DNA of 64,000 nt, taken from the NCBI GenBank assembly GCA_964016885.1, contig OZ024740.1:403186001-403250000 (forward strand), read 5' to 3'. Positions 27,494-41,766 of this stretch are shown one piece after another. Origin of the DNA: Eledone cirrhosa. Lineage: Eukaryota. Below the pieces are notes generated by a model. The model did no database searches. It worked only from the letters and a program-made list of their open reading frames with translations, and was not told the origin of the DNA. The position numbers and the translations under genes were made by a program. Within the stretch, counting starts at the first letter, position 1, and each line of letters starts with the position of its first letter.

Positions 27494-28025
27494 GGTGGCT
27501 GCCAACTCGTTTTCGAGTACGGCCACTACTTTATATCCATGTAGGAGAACCCCTACTGATGTGCTGAACGAGTGTGACTTTTTCGTCCAGCCAGTGACTT
27601 GAAAACTCTGGTACAAACACTACACTTGTGACAATTATTGACACATAGTGCTGGGCCCATGGTACCATGTGACGACAAGTGCAGAGAGATCTCCAGATAT
27701 AAAGCAATGCCTGTGCCGTGAAGCTTTTATAGTGAGCAAAGGCACTGCACAAAGCCAGTCCCACTCCCTTAACCAAGATGATATTTACCAAAAAGAAGAA
27801 CAAGTCAACATCATTGGATACCATGAGGGCTGCAGGTATTATATCAGAGTTTTCCTTCTCCTAGAATTCTGCATTGACAAAGGCTAAGGGGTCATCTCTC
27901 CCGGTGATTTTGGATGGCCATTGTCTCTTAAGAACTCCTTTGCCCTTTGACAGGTTTTGTTTTTAGTCCTGCAGGATGTCCAAAGTCACCCTCCTCACCA
28001 AGAAACCTTGGTGGGGTTGCCAATT
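27494..28025. mobile_element. Copy 2 of the ~530-bp unclassified repeat
   Basis: Matches 28548-29079 and the reverse complement of 1-463; (TA)n flanks. Confidence 0.9.
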
Positions 28026-28027
28026 GT

Positions 28028-28088
<61 letters not shown>

Positions 28089-28155
28089 CAAGGTTTAGCA
28101 TTTAAGAAAAAGTTTTAAAATAAATTTTAAAAAATTCACTATACCTGCTGTAGTT

Positions 28156-28240
28156 ACCCTTACCGTACGGTTTCAAGTCTCAAAATAAATGGATAGTCCA
28201 TGCAGATATCCATTGAAAAGGAAGACTCTCGTCAGAGGGT
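28156..28240 (-). ncRNA. Type I hammerhead ribozyme with extended stem II
   Basis: Minus strand: ACCCT-CTGACGA-GAGTCT..atggata..tatccat..AGACTT-GAAA-CCGTACGG-TA-AGGGT. Confidence 0.92.
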
Positions 28241-28547
28241 TCTTTTCACTCGGAGAATATAAAATTCCTGAGTTCAAATTACGAACTGGCGCTATTCAAA
28301 ATTGTTTCAGAGATGAGAGTGAATGATATAGAAGCAATTCTGTCCAGTACCGTGTGCAAAGATAGAAGGCAGAGGCGGAAAGGTCAATCCACTGCCACTA
28401 GAAATAGCAGCAGTCACAATGACCAAAATATTATCTCGACCAGGGGAGATTAATAATAATAAAGTATGTATTCCTACATGAAAAATACATATAGGGACAC
28501 ATGTATTATCCAGCCATATGCCCATGTGGTTCTATGTATATATATAT

Positions 28548-29079
28548 GGTGGCTGCCAACTCGTTTTCGAGTACGGCCACTACTTTATATCCATGTAGGA
28601 GAACCCCTACCGATGCGCTGAACGAGTGTGACTTTTTAGTCCAGCCAGCGACTTGAAAACTCTGGTACAAACACTACACCTGTGTCAATTATTGACACAC
28701 AGTGCTGGGCCCATGGTACCATGTAATGACAAGTGCAGAGAGATCTCCAGATATAAAGCAATGCCTGTGCCGTGAAGCTTTTATAGTGAGCAAAGGCACT
28801 GCACAAAGCCAGTCCCACTCTCTTAACCAAGATGATATTTACCAAAAAGAAGAACAAGTCAACATCATTGGATACCATCAGGGTTGCAGGTGTTATATCA
28901 GAGTTTTCCTTCTCCTAGAATTCTGCCTTGACAAAAGCTAAGGGGTCATCTCTCCCGGTGATTTTGGATGGCCATTGACTCTTAAGAGCTCCTTTGCCCT
29001 TTGACAGGTTTTGTTTTTAGTCCTGCAGGATGTCCAAAGTCACCCTCCTCACCAAGAAACCTTGGTGGGGTTGCCAGTT
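28548..29079. mobile_element. Copy 3 of the ~530-bp unclassified repeat
   Basis: As copy 2. Confidence 0.9.
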
Positions 29080-29082
29080 TAT

Positions 29083-29179
<97 letters not shown>

Positions 29180-29209
29180 CATACATACATACATACATAC
29201 ATACATACA

Positions 29210-29241
<32 letters not shown>

Positions 29242-29725
29242 AACTTTACATTACAATCCCTAAACTAGATATAGATAGATGCAGAAATAGATAGATTACA
29301 TACATACCTAGCATATATATCTGAGGGAAGGTGGTAGATATAAGGTGTGACACCGAGTGATCAACCTATACTTATATGGAGCCACATTTACAGTATAAAC
29401 GATATGATGAAAATACCACAATGATAAATATGTACCGAGATCGAGTACATGGACACAGAATATGGAAGTTCAAACCAGTACAAAACTGAAATATTTCCCC
29501 CTTAATACACCAAAGTGACTTACCGTACTCATATAATTTGTGTAAACTAATTCTTGACGAAATTCTACACGATGCGGTCAACCTCTTATTCTGTCAATTT
29601 CATATTTATTTCTATCTATTTTTATTTCTTTGTGTAGTGAAATATGCATGTCAACACCTATATAGTTATATGCTATATACATATGTACGTTTGTGTGTGT
29701 GTGTTTGTTTGTTTGTGTGTTTGTG

Positions 29726-29798
<73 letters not shown>

Positions 29799-31399
29799 AG
29801 TGCTGTAGGAATGCATGGGAAGGGCGCTTTTTACTTTGTGGAGAAGGGGGACGGCGTTCTCTCACTATTTCAAATAAATCAGATTTAAAATTCTCTATCT
29901 TTTAATTTCCACACCCAAAAGAAAAGAAATATAAGGAAGATTCATTAACCGTCTCATTTTGTTTAGATCGGTTGCTGAGCTGACGAGACATTCCTTTTTT
30001 CAATATTTGTAAAAAAACGTAAACCACTGCTCCCGCTTAATTTTTACATATAGTCGGCCACTCCCTTCGCTTGGATATTAGAACTCCCAGCTGCCATGTA
30101 CTTTAAATTTGATGAAGATGATTTCTAGTATAGGCACAAGGCCAGTAATTTGGGGTGAAGGGGAAAGTCGATTATATTACTCCAGTACGTTACTGGTGTT
30201 TTATTTTATCGACCTCGTAGGGATGAAAGGCAAAGTTAACCTCGCTGGGATTTGAACTCAGACCGTAAAGGACCATAACTCTATGCTACAAAGCATGGTG
30301 TCCGCCTCTCTACCGATACTGCCAATCCACCGCCCTTAAATCTGATAAAATAAAAACACGTTGAGTCTTATATTTTATATTTGTTTCACTTTTCATGTTT
30401 GTCTATTTCATATACTCTTAAGGTATTTCAATATAATTCATTGGTATAGTGAGTTCTTTTCTTTTCTTAATAAACAGCAGAAATATTATTTTAAATTTTA
30501 ATTAATATGTATTACAGAAATCTAGAATACTAACACGGTACCTTTGCAGCAGCTACCGTGTCGCAGGAGAGAACTGGGTATTTTTTTTTTTTTTTTATTT
30601 GGTAACTCTGGAGAAAGAAGCAGCGCATAAGGTCTTTTTAAGCTTTCCGAAAGCAGAGAGATTGATTCTGATAGTGTTCCACTGAAACTATTGCGCGTTC
30701 GCTCCATTTAGAAAAATATGAGTATATACTACAATAATAATTGTTTTTACTTTTGGCACAAGGCCAGCAATTATCCCAGTGTATTACTGGTACTTTATTT
30801 TATCGACCCCGTAAGGATGAAAGGCAAAGTTAACCTTGGCTGAATTTGAACTCAGATCATAAAGGGCCGTAACTCTATGCTGCAAAGCATGGCGTCCGCC
30901 CTCTATCGATACTGCCACAATTCTAGAAGTATCCTCAAAATGCACTGGAAAAAGTCATTAGTAAAAACGTATTATAACATCTAACTGAATTCGAACGCAG
31001 TTTAGTAGGGTTTCTATTAGTAAATAATTTAGCCCGTAAATATCATATAAACAATTAGTCTTTGGTATTTTAAAATTCCTATTCTATAATCAAATAGTAG
31101 TATGTTCTCTATCTTAAAGGTAGCTCTACAAAGTACAACATGCCCTCTTTTATGTATATGTATGTGTATATGTGTGTGTATATGCGTGCATATGTACGTG
31201 TGTGTATGTGTGCGTATGTGTGTGTATGGATGTGCGTATTTCTCTCTGTCTAGTCTATTTCTGTACGCATGTAAGTTCTGTAGATTCTCGGCGGAGGCGA
31301 GTAATGAAAGACATGATCAGAGAGCGACAGTTGCTGTTCTTCTGCACTTATCATTTGTGATGATATTTCCTAGAACAGTGTTTAGAGCTATTTAGAGTT

Positions 31400-32170
31400 T
31401 TGGTGCTGTAACCAATTCTGTATCTATGTATATTTTATGGTTGTCTCAGTTGATATGTGACTGCCATGCTGTAGGGTTGTGGGCTGCATATTTGTTTGAA
31501 TGTTTGGAAGTGAGTTTTCCTGTAGAAGCAGGGGTTTCGTTGTCAGGGTTTCTTGTATTAGTTTTCTTTTAGTATATTGTGGTTTATTACAGAAAGTTTA
31601 ATGTGGGAGACACAACCAATATAGTCCATAATGAAGCGAATATATTGGTTGTAATCTATTGTTGTCGTTTCTATCTGTTAAACAAATGATACCTGTGACT
31701 TATCTAAGTATCTTTTCTACGTGTGATATAGATGTTGTGGAAGTGTAACTCCTAGTATATTTGTCATCTATATAAGTATAATATATCTATGGCTTTGAGT
31801 GTGATGATTAGTTATATCTGATGTTCTCTCGAAAAGAGATTGTGTATTCGATAGGTGTGTCATAAAATCTGTAATTTTCGAGCCAGATTTCTCGGTGATT
31901 TATGTAGAGTTTGATTACTTGTACAGCTGTGTCAGGAAAATGGCGGTAGGATATGGGTGTGCTGTCATCTGCTTATGAGATGATATGTATACTGTGAGGT
32001 GTGCCAAGGTTATGTAGTATAGAGTGAGTAAGATACCGATTATTTTCGTACGTCGTTCGGAATATTGAAAATGTCTGAAGTATTACTTTAGTACACTATA
32101 TATCATAGCATTGGTGACCTGACAGGTAGTTTGCTAACCAGCGTTTTATGTTTTGTTTTAAGGAGGTATT
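31400..32170 (-). pseudogene. Old LINE reverse transcriptase remnant
   Basis: Minus-strand translation gives IKRWLANYLSG and IIS*ADDST (decayed YADD); boundaries approximate. Confidence 0.55.
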
Positions 32171-33661
32171 GACACGTTTTTTAGCCTTAAGTCAGCCCTG
32201 AATGGGCTGGCTTATCATCTAACTTAATTCCTTCGTGCTCACATTGTATTTTTTCATAGAGACATTACATCCAGAATAACATACTTCAATGTGCTTTTTT
32301 TATACAAATGATAGAGCGGGATTTGAGTGATATTTGGCTGCTATTTCTAACTGTTCAAGTGATCGTATAACACTTCTCCCATTGACTCGTGCTTCTGAGG
32401 TGTTGACTATTTTCTGTAGGAATGTAGTGAAAAGCCAGATCCAGATTTCTTTAATATTAGGGTTAAGCGTGAAGTAAAAATAAAAAATACAAAACAAAAA
32501 AATTGAGCTACCGAGGGAAATTCTCCGCCATCATTTTACTTGCTAGAAATAACAGCCAAATCTCTCTCAAATCACATTATTATCTTTAAAAAACAAAAAG
32601 ACACATTGCATAATGTAGTCCTCAATAAATTATTTGTAAACGACGGACGGTTACAGCTGAATTTCTTTGATCATAGACTGGCACACAAGGTCGACCTGGT
32701 GATGAAAATTAAGGGAAAATCAAATGTTTAGGAACGCGAACTCCATTTCTGAATTTTACGAAATTGCAATTGGTGTTTGAAGACTCTGCTCCCAAGACCC
32801 CCCTCAGGAATAATTAAGTGGGCGAAGAAGAAGTGTTTCAAAACATATTGATAAGAGATTAACATATACTATACATGCATCCCAGCCATAGGCCCTGATG
32901 GAGTCTTTGGAGCACCGTTGTGACATCTTTAACATTGTGGAGCCCATGCCTCACCAGTTCTGAACACAGCTGATCTCTTTCAACGAGAGAGAGAGGGCCG
33001 GATCGAATAGCGCAAAGCATTCTACTCGACGCTCTATCGACACTGGCAATTTAATGCCTTGTATATATTATAACAAAAATAACACCGGAGTTGCCTCTCT
33101 CCATGTGCTACAATACTTACAGTCTTCTGCATATATAAACGATAACTTTTTAACCACGTATGATTATCGTCAGTATCAAATGCTTCCAAAGAAAATTCAT
33201 TTGCTTCGTAAGCATGCTATTTGCCTTCTGATAACCTTCAGTCTTCCTTATCTAATAATAGGTCAAGTCAACTGCACTGCACCACTAAATTAACTGAATT
33301 CACTTCCGTTTTCCCTCCACTTATACATTGCTACACTTATCACTAACCACACTATCTTTTAAAATCCCTATTTTTCTATCTCAAAACAACTTTCCAGTCA
33401 ACCGAACGCGCAGCTCTTAAATCATAGGCCTATTATCACTTGGTAATTTTGTTTTATTTGTTCGTATAATGCTTGCTAGATTATTAACTAACATCCAATA
33501 GTACAGACTTTACTGTAAACAGTTTAAACATTTCCATAATATTTCTCCTGATACTCTACAGCAAATAATTGTTTCTACTTTAGGCACAAGGCCAGCAATT
33601 ATCCAGTGCATTACTGGTACTTTATTTTATCGACCCCAGCAAATAATAACAACAATTTGTC

Positions 33662-34125
33662 TCTTCTTCTTCTTCTTCTTCTTCTACCACTACTACCACT
33701 AGTACTACTAGTACTACTACTACTTCTTCTTCTATTACTACTACTACCACTACTACTACTACTACTTCTACTACTACCACTACTACTACTACTACTTCTT
33801 CTTCTACTACTACTACTACTTCTACTACTACTACTACTACTTCTACTACTACTACTACTACTACGACTACTACTACTACTACTACTACTACTTCTTCTTC
33901 TACGACTACTACTTCTTCTTCTACTACTACTACTTCTTCTTCTACTACTACTACTACTACTTCTTCTTCTCCTCCCCCTCTCCTCCTACTTCTTATTCTT
34001 CTTCTCCTTTTTCTTCTTTGTGTATGCAAAATGATTTTACGTAAGCGAAAACAATATTACGTAAAAAAAAATGGAAAAAGAAAACTATAAGAAAGAATAC
34101 AATAACGAAAGAAAGAACAAAAGAG

Positions 34126-34192
<67 letters not shown>

Positions 34193-34305
34193 AAAAGAAA
34201 GAAAAAGAAAGAAAGAAAGAAAGATTAAAAGAAAGAAAGAAAGGAAGAAAAATAAAGAAAGAAATAAAGAAACAAAGAAACAAAGAAACAAAGAAAGAAA
34301 GGAAG
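33662..34305. repeat. (CTA/CTT)n and (GAAA)n microsatellites
   Basis: Direct reading. Confidence 0.95.
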
Positions 34306-35177
34306 AATCTGATATAGGAAGAGTAGGGAATTTGTTGTGAAGTTGGGGTTAGGTATTATCAGTAATTTGAGGGTGAGAACTTGACATTAATGCTAATAAT
34401 GTCAAATATATGTTTCACACGATAAACTAAATCAGAAGCAAAAAAACACAGGAAAAATGCCTGTCACCTCACGTCGAAATTGCAAGAGCTCAGCCGTTGA
34501 GCCCTGATTTTCTACTATATATGCAGGATGCCGATATAAATCAGGAGACGACAATTGTTAAAAAAAAGTATTCATTTTATTATAGAAATGACTCTTAAAT
34601 GATTACAACTTTCATTTCGGCGGGTAGAAAAAGCGAAACGGGTAGAAAAAGCGAAACGAAACGCAAAATCAGAGTTATGCTGGCAAGCGCTCTATAGTTA
34701 AAAAAAACTAGAGCTAAACATAAGTTAAAACGCCATACAAACTGAAAAAGTGGTCAAGAAGGCATTAACCACCTAACCCAAAAGACAAGTGAAGCTAAAC
34801 AGGCCAAACAAAATAAATGATAAAATCATATATATATATATACATATACAAATAAATATATATATATATATATATACGAAGGTAGGCTGAAACATTCATA
34901 GGCTGATTATGAAGGAGTGATGCTAGTGTTTGGTTGTGATGATGTTATATGCTTATAAAATTAACATACATATAATTAACTATAAAAGAATTTATAATAC
35001 AAGTGGCCCGCAAGTAAGTACCATAACACCAAATACAAAACATAAGCATATAACATCATCAAACCAAACACTTATCTGAATACATCACCACAATACATCA
35101 ACAAACCCAATTCTCAGCCCATACATAACAACCAACAAAACCATATAGAAGAACCGGCGCATAGAAAAGCATCTAAA

Positions 35178-35596
35178 TGTAACTGCCACCTACTTGACAA
35201 ATGCCCTTTACAAAACAGATGGCTAGAGACAAATATAGTATACCTATGTACTATAAATTCAGGTAGCTTAGCATGGCATTACATTGGTTCCACAGCTGGG
35301 GAGTTTCAGAAAAGGTACATAGAGACTCTATGACTAACAGGAATCTCTCAAAGACAACAATTCTCGCCAATAAAATCTGGCAACTTAAAGATGCAAACAT
35401 GGAATATAAAATCAGCTGGACAAAGCTATTAAAAGCAAAGGCCTATCAAATTGGTATGTCCCACTGTGGTCTCTGTAATATGGAACTTTTCCAAATTTTA
35501 AATTACAAAGAAATTCTTCTTAACAGTAAAATTGAAAAAAACATTTTTTGTCGACATAAATCGGCAACTAAATTTGAGAACTTTAGACCAGCTTAA
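35178..35596 (+). pseudogene. GIY-YIG endonuclease remnant of a Penelope-like element (CxCx5C linker, Nematis-like)
   Basis: CNCHLLDKCPL..NIVY..HYIGST..FQKR, frameshift, then IWQLKD..ISW..CGLCNME..LLN..CRH. Confidence 0.85.
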
Positions 35597-35640
35597 TTCC
35601 ATCTTATCTATTCCATAACCCAGATTGTACCACTTAGATC

Positions 35641-36219
35641 TATAATTGTTTCTACTTTAGGCACAAGGCCAGCAATTACCCAGTACATTACTGGTAGTTT
35701 ATTTTATCGACCCTGTAAGGATGAAAGGCAAAGTTAAACTCGGCGGGATTTGAACTCAGACTGTAAAGGGACGTAACTATGCTAGAAAGCATGGCGCCCA
35801 ACCCTCTACCGATACTGCCAATTCACCGCCAATTAGATCTATAATTGTTTCTACTTTAGGCACAAGGCCAGCAATTACCCAGTATATTACTGGTACTTTA
35901 TGTTATCGACCCCGTAAGGATGAAAGGCAAAGTTAACCTCGGCGAGATTTGAACTCAGACTGTAAAGGGACGTAACTATGCTAGAAAGCATGGCGCCCAA
36001 CCCTCTACCGATACTGCCAATTCACCGCCAATTAGATCTATAATTGTTTCTACTTTAGGCACAAGGCCAGCAATTACCCAGTACATTACTGGTACTTTAT
36101 GTTATCGACCCCGTAAGGATGAAAGGCAAAGTTAACCTCGGCGGGATTTGAACTCAGACTGTAAAGGGACGTAACTATGCTAGAAAGCATGGCGTCCAAC
36201 CCTCTACCGATACTGCCAA
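35641..36219 (-). mobile_element. Three near-identical tandem SINE copies (~198-bp period)
   Basis: Units start ~35641, ~35840, ~36038 with a shared AATTAGATCT spacer; an oppositely oriented copy follows at 36249. Confidence 0.9.
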
Positions 36220-37320
36220 TAATGATATCACATTATCAACATCATCAAGGGCGGTCAATTGGCAGTATCGGTAGAGGGTTGGAAGCCATGCTTTCTAGCA
36301 TAGTTACGTCCCTTTACGGTCTGAGTTCAAATCCCGTCGAGGTTATTTTTGCCTTTCATCCTTATGGGGTCGATAAAATAAAGTACCAGAAATGTACTGG
36401 GTAATTGCTGGCCTTGTGCCAAAAGTAGAAACAATTATCATTTTAATTATAATTATAATTGTCATCATCTATCAAAGAACAACATCAAAAGCTCTTATAT
36501 TTACATTCTTATTTTATAAATATATATTTTCACTCTTTATCTTAATATCTCTCTCCCTAAATTTATCTCATCTCTGTCATTCATATAATGTAACTTAAAA
36601 CTAATTAATCAATTTATTTATTAAAATAACCAATTCACACATAAATATATTTAACATTATCTTATTTTCACCATTTCTTCATATATTTTTATATATGTAT
36701 TTTTATTTTTATTTACATTTATTCATACATTAATGTTTATTCATCTATTTGTCCCTCTATCCTTCTTCTCGTCTCTATCATACGTTTATTCTTATTTACG
36801 TTTGTCTCTCATATCTAGACCATCATCTTCTATATATCTTCCTCTCCTTATATTTCTATCTACAATAATTTCTCCTTTTCTTCTTCTTTCTCTTTTTCTT
36901 TTTCCTTCTCCTTCTTTTTCCTTCCTCTCCTTTCTTTCTTTACTGTATCTATCTCCCTTTCTTCCTCCTTTTCTCTCTATATCTTTATTATTAATATTAT
37001 TATTGATGATGTAATTTGAATTTGTAAATTTCCGGTTACATATATATGTTTTTAACAGTTTCCGATGATCTAGTAGAGTTAACATCGTATTTAAAATTGA
37101 GTGGAACTGCTTTTAGTGTTCAGCAATTTTTAGACAACTTTATCAGTGAAACAATTGTTAGACTGCAAATAAATGCCCTTTTTTGTACTGTTGACCATGT
37201 TATTCTCCACTTTTTCAATTTATATATATATATGTGTGTGTGTGTAGTTAAATATTAGACAGGAACGAAAAACAGAGAGACAGTACAAATGGTAGTTTAT
37301 TAGGTTCACGCTTTTGAGAG

Positions 37321-37380
<60 letters not shown>

Positions 37381-37382
<2 letters not shown>

Positions 37383-37565
37383 GGAAAAGAGTCAGGACCC
37401 CGATGGCTGAGCTCCGGCCGTTTTGAGAGCTAGATCTGAACAGTTCAGATCTAGCTGTCGAAACGGCCGGAGCTCAGCCGTCGGGGTCCTGACTTTTTTC
37501 CTATTACCCACTCTACTACCCTAAGTATCGAGTACTCTGGCGCGTTATGGTTCCTTACCACATTT
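37381..37565. mobile_element. Fold-back element with ~60-bp arms carrying the 3' half of a hammerhead (relatives ~5358-5510, ~15122-15172, ~58810-58868)
   Basis: Palindrome 37381-37503; GAAA-CGGC..GCCG-TC-GGGGTC, no upstream CTGANGA. Confidence 0.65.
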
Positions 37566-37644
37566 CCTTCGTTATATGTATGTATATATATATATATATA
37601 TATATTTATATACGGGGGTCGACTGAAAAGTATATATATGTATA

Positions 37645-37795
<151 letters not shown>

Positions 37796-37800
37796 GTATA

Positions 37801-37850
<50 letters not shown>

Positions 37851-37872
37851 ACAAATAATAATATATATATAA

Positions 37873-39085
37873 ATTCCAAACCTGGAAGCAGGGACTAGAG
37901 AGAAAGGGCCTCAAAGTCAACATGACAAAGACTAAGGTCCTTATAAGTAGACGAGAAAACAGAACCCAGATCCCCTCAGGGAAATGGCCTTGCTCAGTAT
38001 GTAGGAAAGGTGTAGGTAGGAACTCCATTCTTTGCCCCAAATGCAAACAATGGGTACACAAGAGATGTAGCGGGATCTCAGGAAGCTTAATTAAGAATGT
38101 AGGATTCACATGCAGCAGCTGTGCTGAAACAGCAAGCAAACAGCCACAGGAAACAAGTACCACCAATCTCTGGGAGGGCCCTGTAGAAACAGTAGACAGC
38201 TTCTGCTACCTAGGTGACCGAATTAGCAACGGAGGTGGGTGCTCAGAAAGTACAATAACTAGGGTAAGAACGGGATGGAAGAAGTTTAGGGAACTACTAC
38301 CACTGCTAGCTGCAAAAGGCTTCTCCCTCAGAATGAAAGGCAGACTGTATGATGCGTGTATCCGAACAGCGATGTTGCATGGTAGTGAGACCTGGGCGCT
38401 GAAGGTGGAAGACTTACGTAGATTAGAGAGAAACGAAGCCTGCATGCTCCGATGGATGTGTAACAGTAATATACGTGAACGACAAAGCATAAATGAATTG
38501 AGAGAGAGACTGAGCATAAGAGGAATCAAATGCTGCGTGCAGGAGAGGCGGTTACGCTGGTATGGACATGTGATGCGTATGAAGGATGACAGCTGCATAA
38601 AAAGGTGCAGAGCACTAGAAGTTGATGGAAACCGCGGAGTGGGGAGACCCAAGATGACTTGGGATGAGGTGATAAAAGCCGACCTTACCCAACTACACCT
38701 CTCAAAGTCAATGACACACGACCGTGACTTCTGGCGTCACGCAGTAATACAGGGTACCCGACCTCCCATGGGTACATGCTGAAGCATATAAACAATATGC
38801 CCCCCCCCCCCCACCGCAAGGTGGTCGTGGAGGTGCCACGGCAAAAAAGCACCCAGCCCACACTGTAAAGTGGACGTGTAGGCGCCACGAAAAAGCACCC
38901 AGCACTCACTGTAAATGAGGTTGGTGTTAGGAAGGGCATCCAGCTGTAGAAATCAAGCCAGATCAGTTCCTGTATGAGCAAGGCATGGTCAGCCGACCAG
39001 ACACTGCCCACAACAGGACAACCCGTCTAACCCATGCTAGCGTGGAAGAACGGACGTAAAACGGTGATGATGATGATGATGATGA
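37873..39085 (+). mobile_element. 5'-truncated RTE-clade LINE with (GAT)n tail
   Basis: ORF 37922-38782: FCYLGD, MLHGSETW, RRLRWYGHVMR, GRPKMTW; 3'UTR ends in (GAT)n; inserted in (TA)n. Confidence 0.9.
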
Positions 39086-39134
39086 TATATATGTATATAT
39101 ATGTATATATATATGTATATATATATGTATATAT

Positions 39135-39283
<149 letters not shown>

Positions 39284-39401
39284 TAGACATAGAATATTCG
39301 AAAATATTCTGTATGTTTATAATAAACATTTTGAAGACCTAATCGCTATAGAATAGAATACGTCACGTATTACAATTAGATTCTCGATAAAAGCAAGGGA
39401 A

Positions 39402-39445
39402 GTAAGTCTACGCGTTTCATTCTTGTTAGAATTCATCAGGACTAC
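39402..39445 (-). ncRNA. Minimal hammerhead (also 39713-39756, 40024-40067, 40335-40378, 40646-40689)
   Basis: Reverse complement of 41055-41098. Confidence 0.92.
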
Positions 39446-41054
39446 ATATCCAGTGCTTTTATCGAGAATGACACAGCTAGAGACTTATAGAATACTTAGC
39501 TGTGTACAGGAACTGGTTTGAAAGAGCGGTTGCCGGTCCGGCAGAAATTAGAAATTGGAATAAATGCTCTGAAATAGCGATATATATGTGAATATAGACA
39601 TAGAATATTCGAAAATATTCTGTATGTTTATAATAAACATTTTGAAGACCTAATCGCTATAGAATAGAATACGTCACGTATTACAATTAGATTCTCGATA
39701 AAAGCAAGGGAAGTAAGTCTACGCGTTTCATTCTTGTTAGAATTCATCAGGACTACATATCCAGTGCTTTTATCGAGAATGACACAGCTAGAGACTTATA
39801 GAATACTTAGCTGTGTACAGGAACTGGTTTGAAAGAGCGGTTGCCGGTCCGGCAGAAATTAGAAATTGGAATAAATGCTCTGAAATAGCGATATATATGT
39901 GAATATAGACATAGAATATTCGAAAATATTCTGTATGTTTATAATAAACATTTTGAAGACCTAATCGCTATAGAATAGAATACGTCACGTATTACAATTA
40001 GATTCTCGATAAAAGCAAGGGAAGTAAGTCTACGCGTTTCATTCTTGTTAGAATTCATCAGGACTACATATCCAGTGCTTTTATCGAGAATGACACAGCT
40101 AGAGACTTATAGAATACTTAGCTGTGTACAGGAACTGGTTTGAAAGAGCGGTTGCCGGTCCGGCAGAAATTAGAAATTGGAATAAATGCTCTGAAATAGC
40201 GATATATATGTGAATATAGACATAGAATATTCGAAAATATTCTGTATGTTTATAATAAACATTTTGAAGACCTAATCGCTATAGAATAGAATACGTCACG
40301 TATTACAATTAGATTCTCGATAAAAGCAAGGGAAGTAAGTCTACGCGTTTCATTCTTGTTAGAATTCATCAGGACTACATATCCAGTGCTTTTATCGAGA
40401 ATGACACAGCTAGAGACTTATAGAATACTTAGCTGTGTACAGGAACTGGTTTGAAAGAGCGGTTGCCGGTCCGGCAGAAATTAGAAATTGGAATAAATGC
40501 TCTGAAATAGCGATATATATGTGAATATAGACATAGAATATTCGAAAATATTCTGTATGTTTATAATAAACATTTTGAAGACCTAATCGCTATAGAATAG
40601 AATACGTCACGTATTACAATTAGATTCTCGATGAAAGCAAGGGAAGTAAGTCTACGCGTTTCATTCTTGTTAGAATTCATCAGGACTACATATCCAGTGC
40701 TTTTATCGAGAATGACACAGCTAGAGACTTATAGAATACTTAGCTGTGTACAGGAACTGGTTTGAAAGAGCGGTTGCCGGTCCGGCAGAAATTAGAAATT
40801 GGAATAAATGCTCTGAAATAGCGATATATATGTGAATCTATAGCGATTAGGTCTTCAAAATGTTTATTATAAACATACAGAATATTTTCGAATATTCTAT
40901 GTCTATATTCACATATATATCGCTATTTCAGAGCATTTATTCCAATTTCTAATTTCTGCCGGACCGGCAACCGCTCTTTCAAACCAGTTCCTGTACACAG
41001 CTAAGTATTCTATAAGTCTCTAGCTGTGTCATTCTCGATAAAAGCACTGGATAT

Positions 41055-41098
41055 GTAGTCCTGATGAATTCTAACAAGAATGAAACGCGTAGACTTAC
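41055..41098 (+). ncRNA. Minimal type I hammerhead (also 41366-41409)
   Basis: GTAGTC-CTGATGA-ATTCtaacaaGAAT-GAAA-CGCG-TA-GACTTAC; palindromic stem III; 16-bp stem I extension attctcgataaaagca/tgcttttatcgagaat. Confidence 0.93.
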
Positions 41099-41578
41099 TT
41101 CCCTTGCTTTTATCGAGAATCTAATTGTAATACGTGACGTATTCTATTCTATAGCGATTAGGTCTTCAAAATGTTTATTATAAACATACAGAATATTTTC
41201 GAATATTCTATGTCTATATTCACATATATATCGCTATTTCAGAGCATTTATTCCAATTTCTAATTTCTGCCGGACCGGCAACCGCTCTTTCAAACCAGTT
41301 CCTGTACACAGCTAAGTATTCTATAAGTCTCTAGCTGTGTCATTCTCGATAAAAGCACTGGATATGTAGTCCTGATGAATTCTAACAAGAATGAAACGCG
41401 TAGACTTACTTCCCTTGCTTTTATCGAGAATCTAATTGTAATACGTGACGTATTCTATTCTATAGCGATTAGGTCTTCAAAATGTTTATTATAAACATAC
41501 AGAATATTTTCGAATATTCTATGTCTATATTCACATATATATCGCTATTTCAGAGCATTTATTCCAATTTATATATAT

Positions 41579-41615
<37 letters not shown>

Positions 41616-41626
41616 AATATATATAT

Positions 41627-41766
<140 letters not shown>

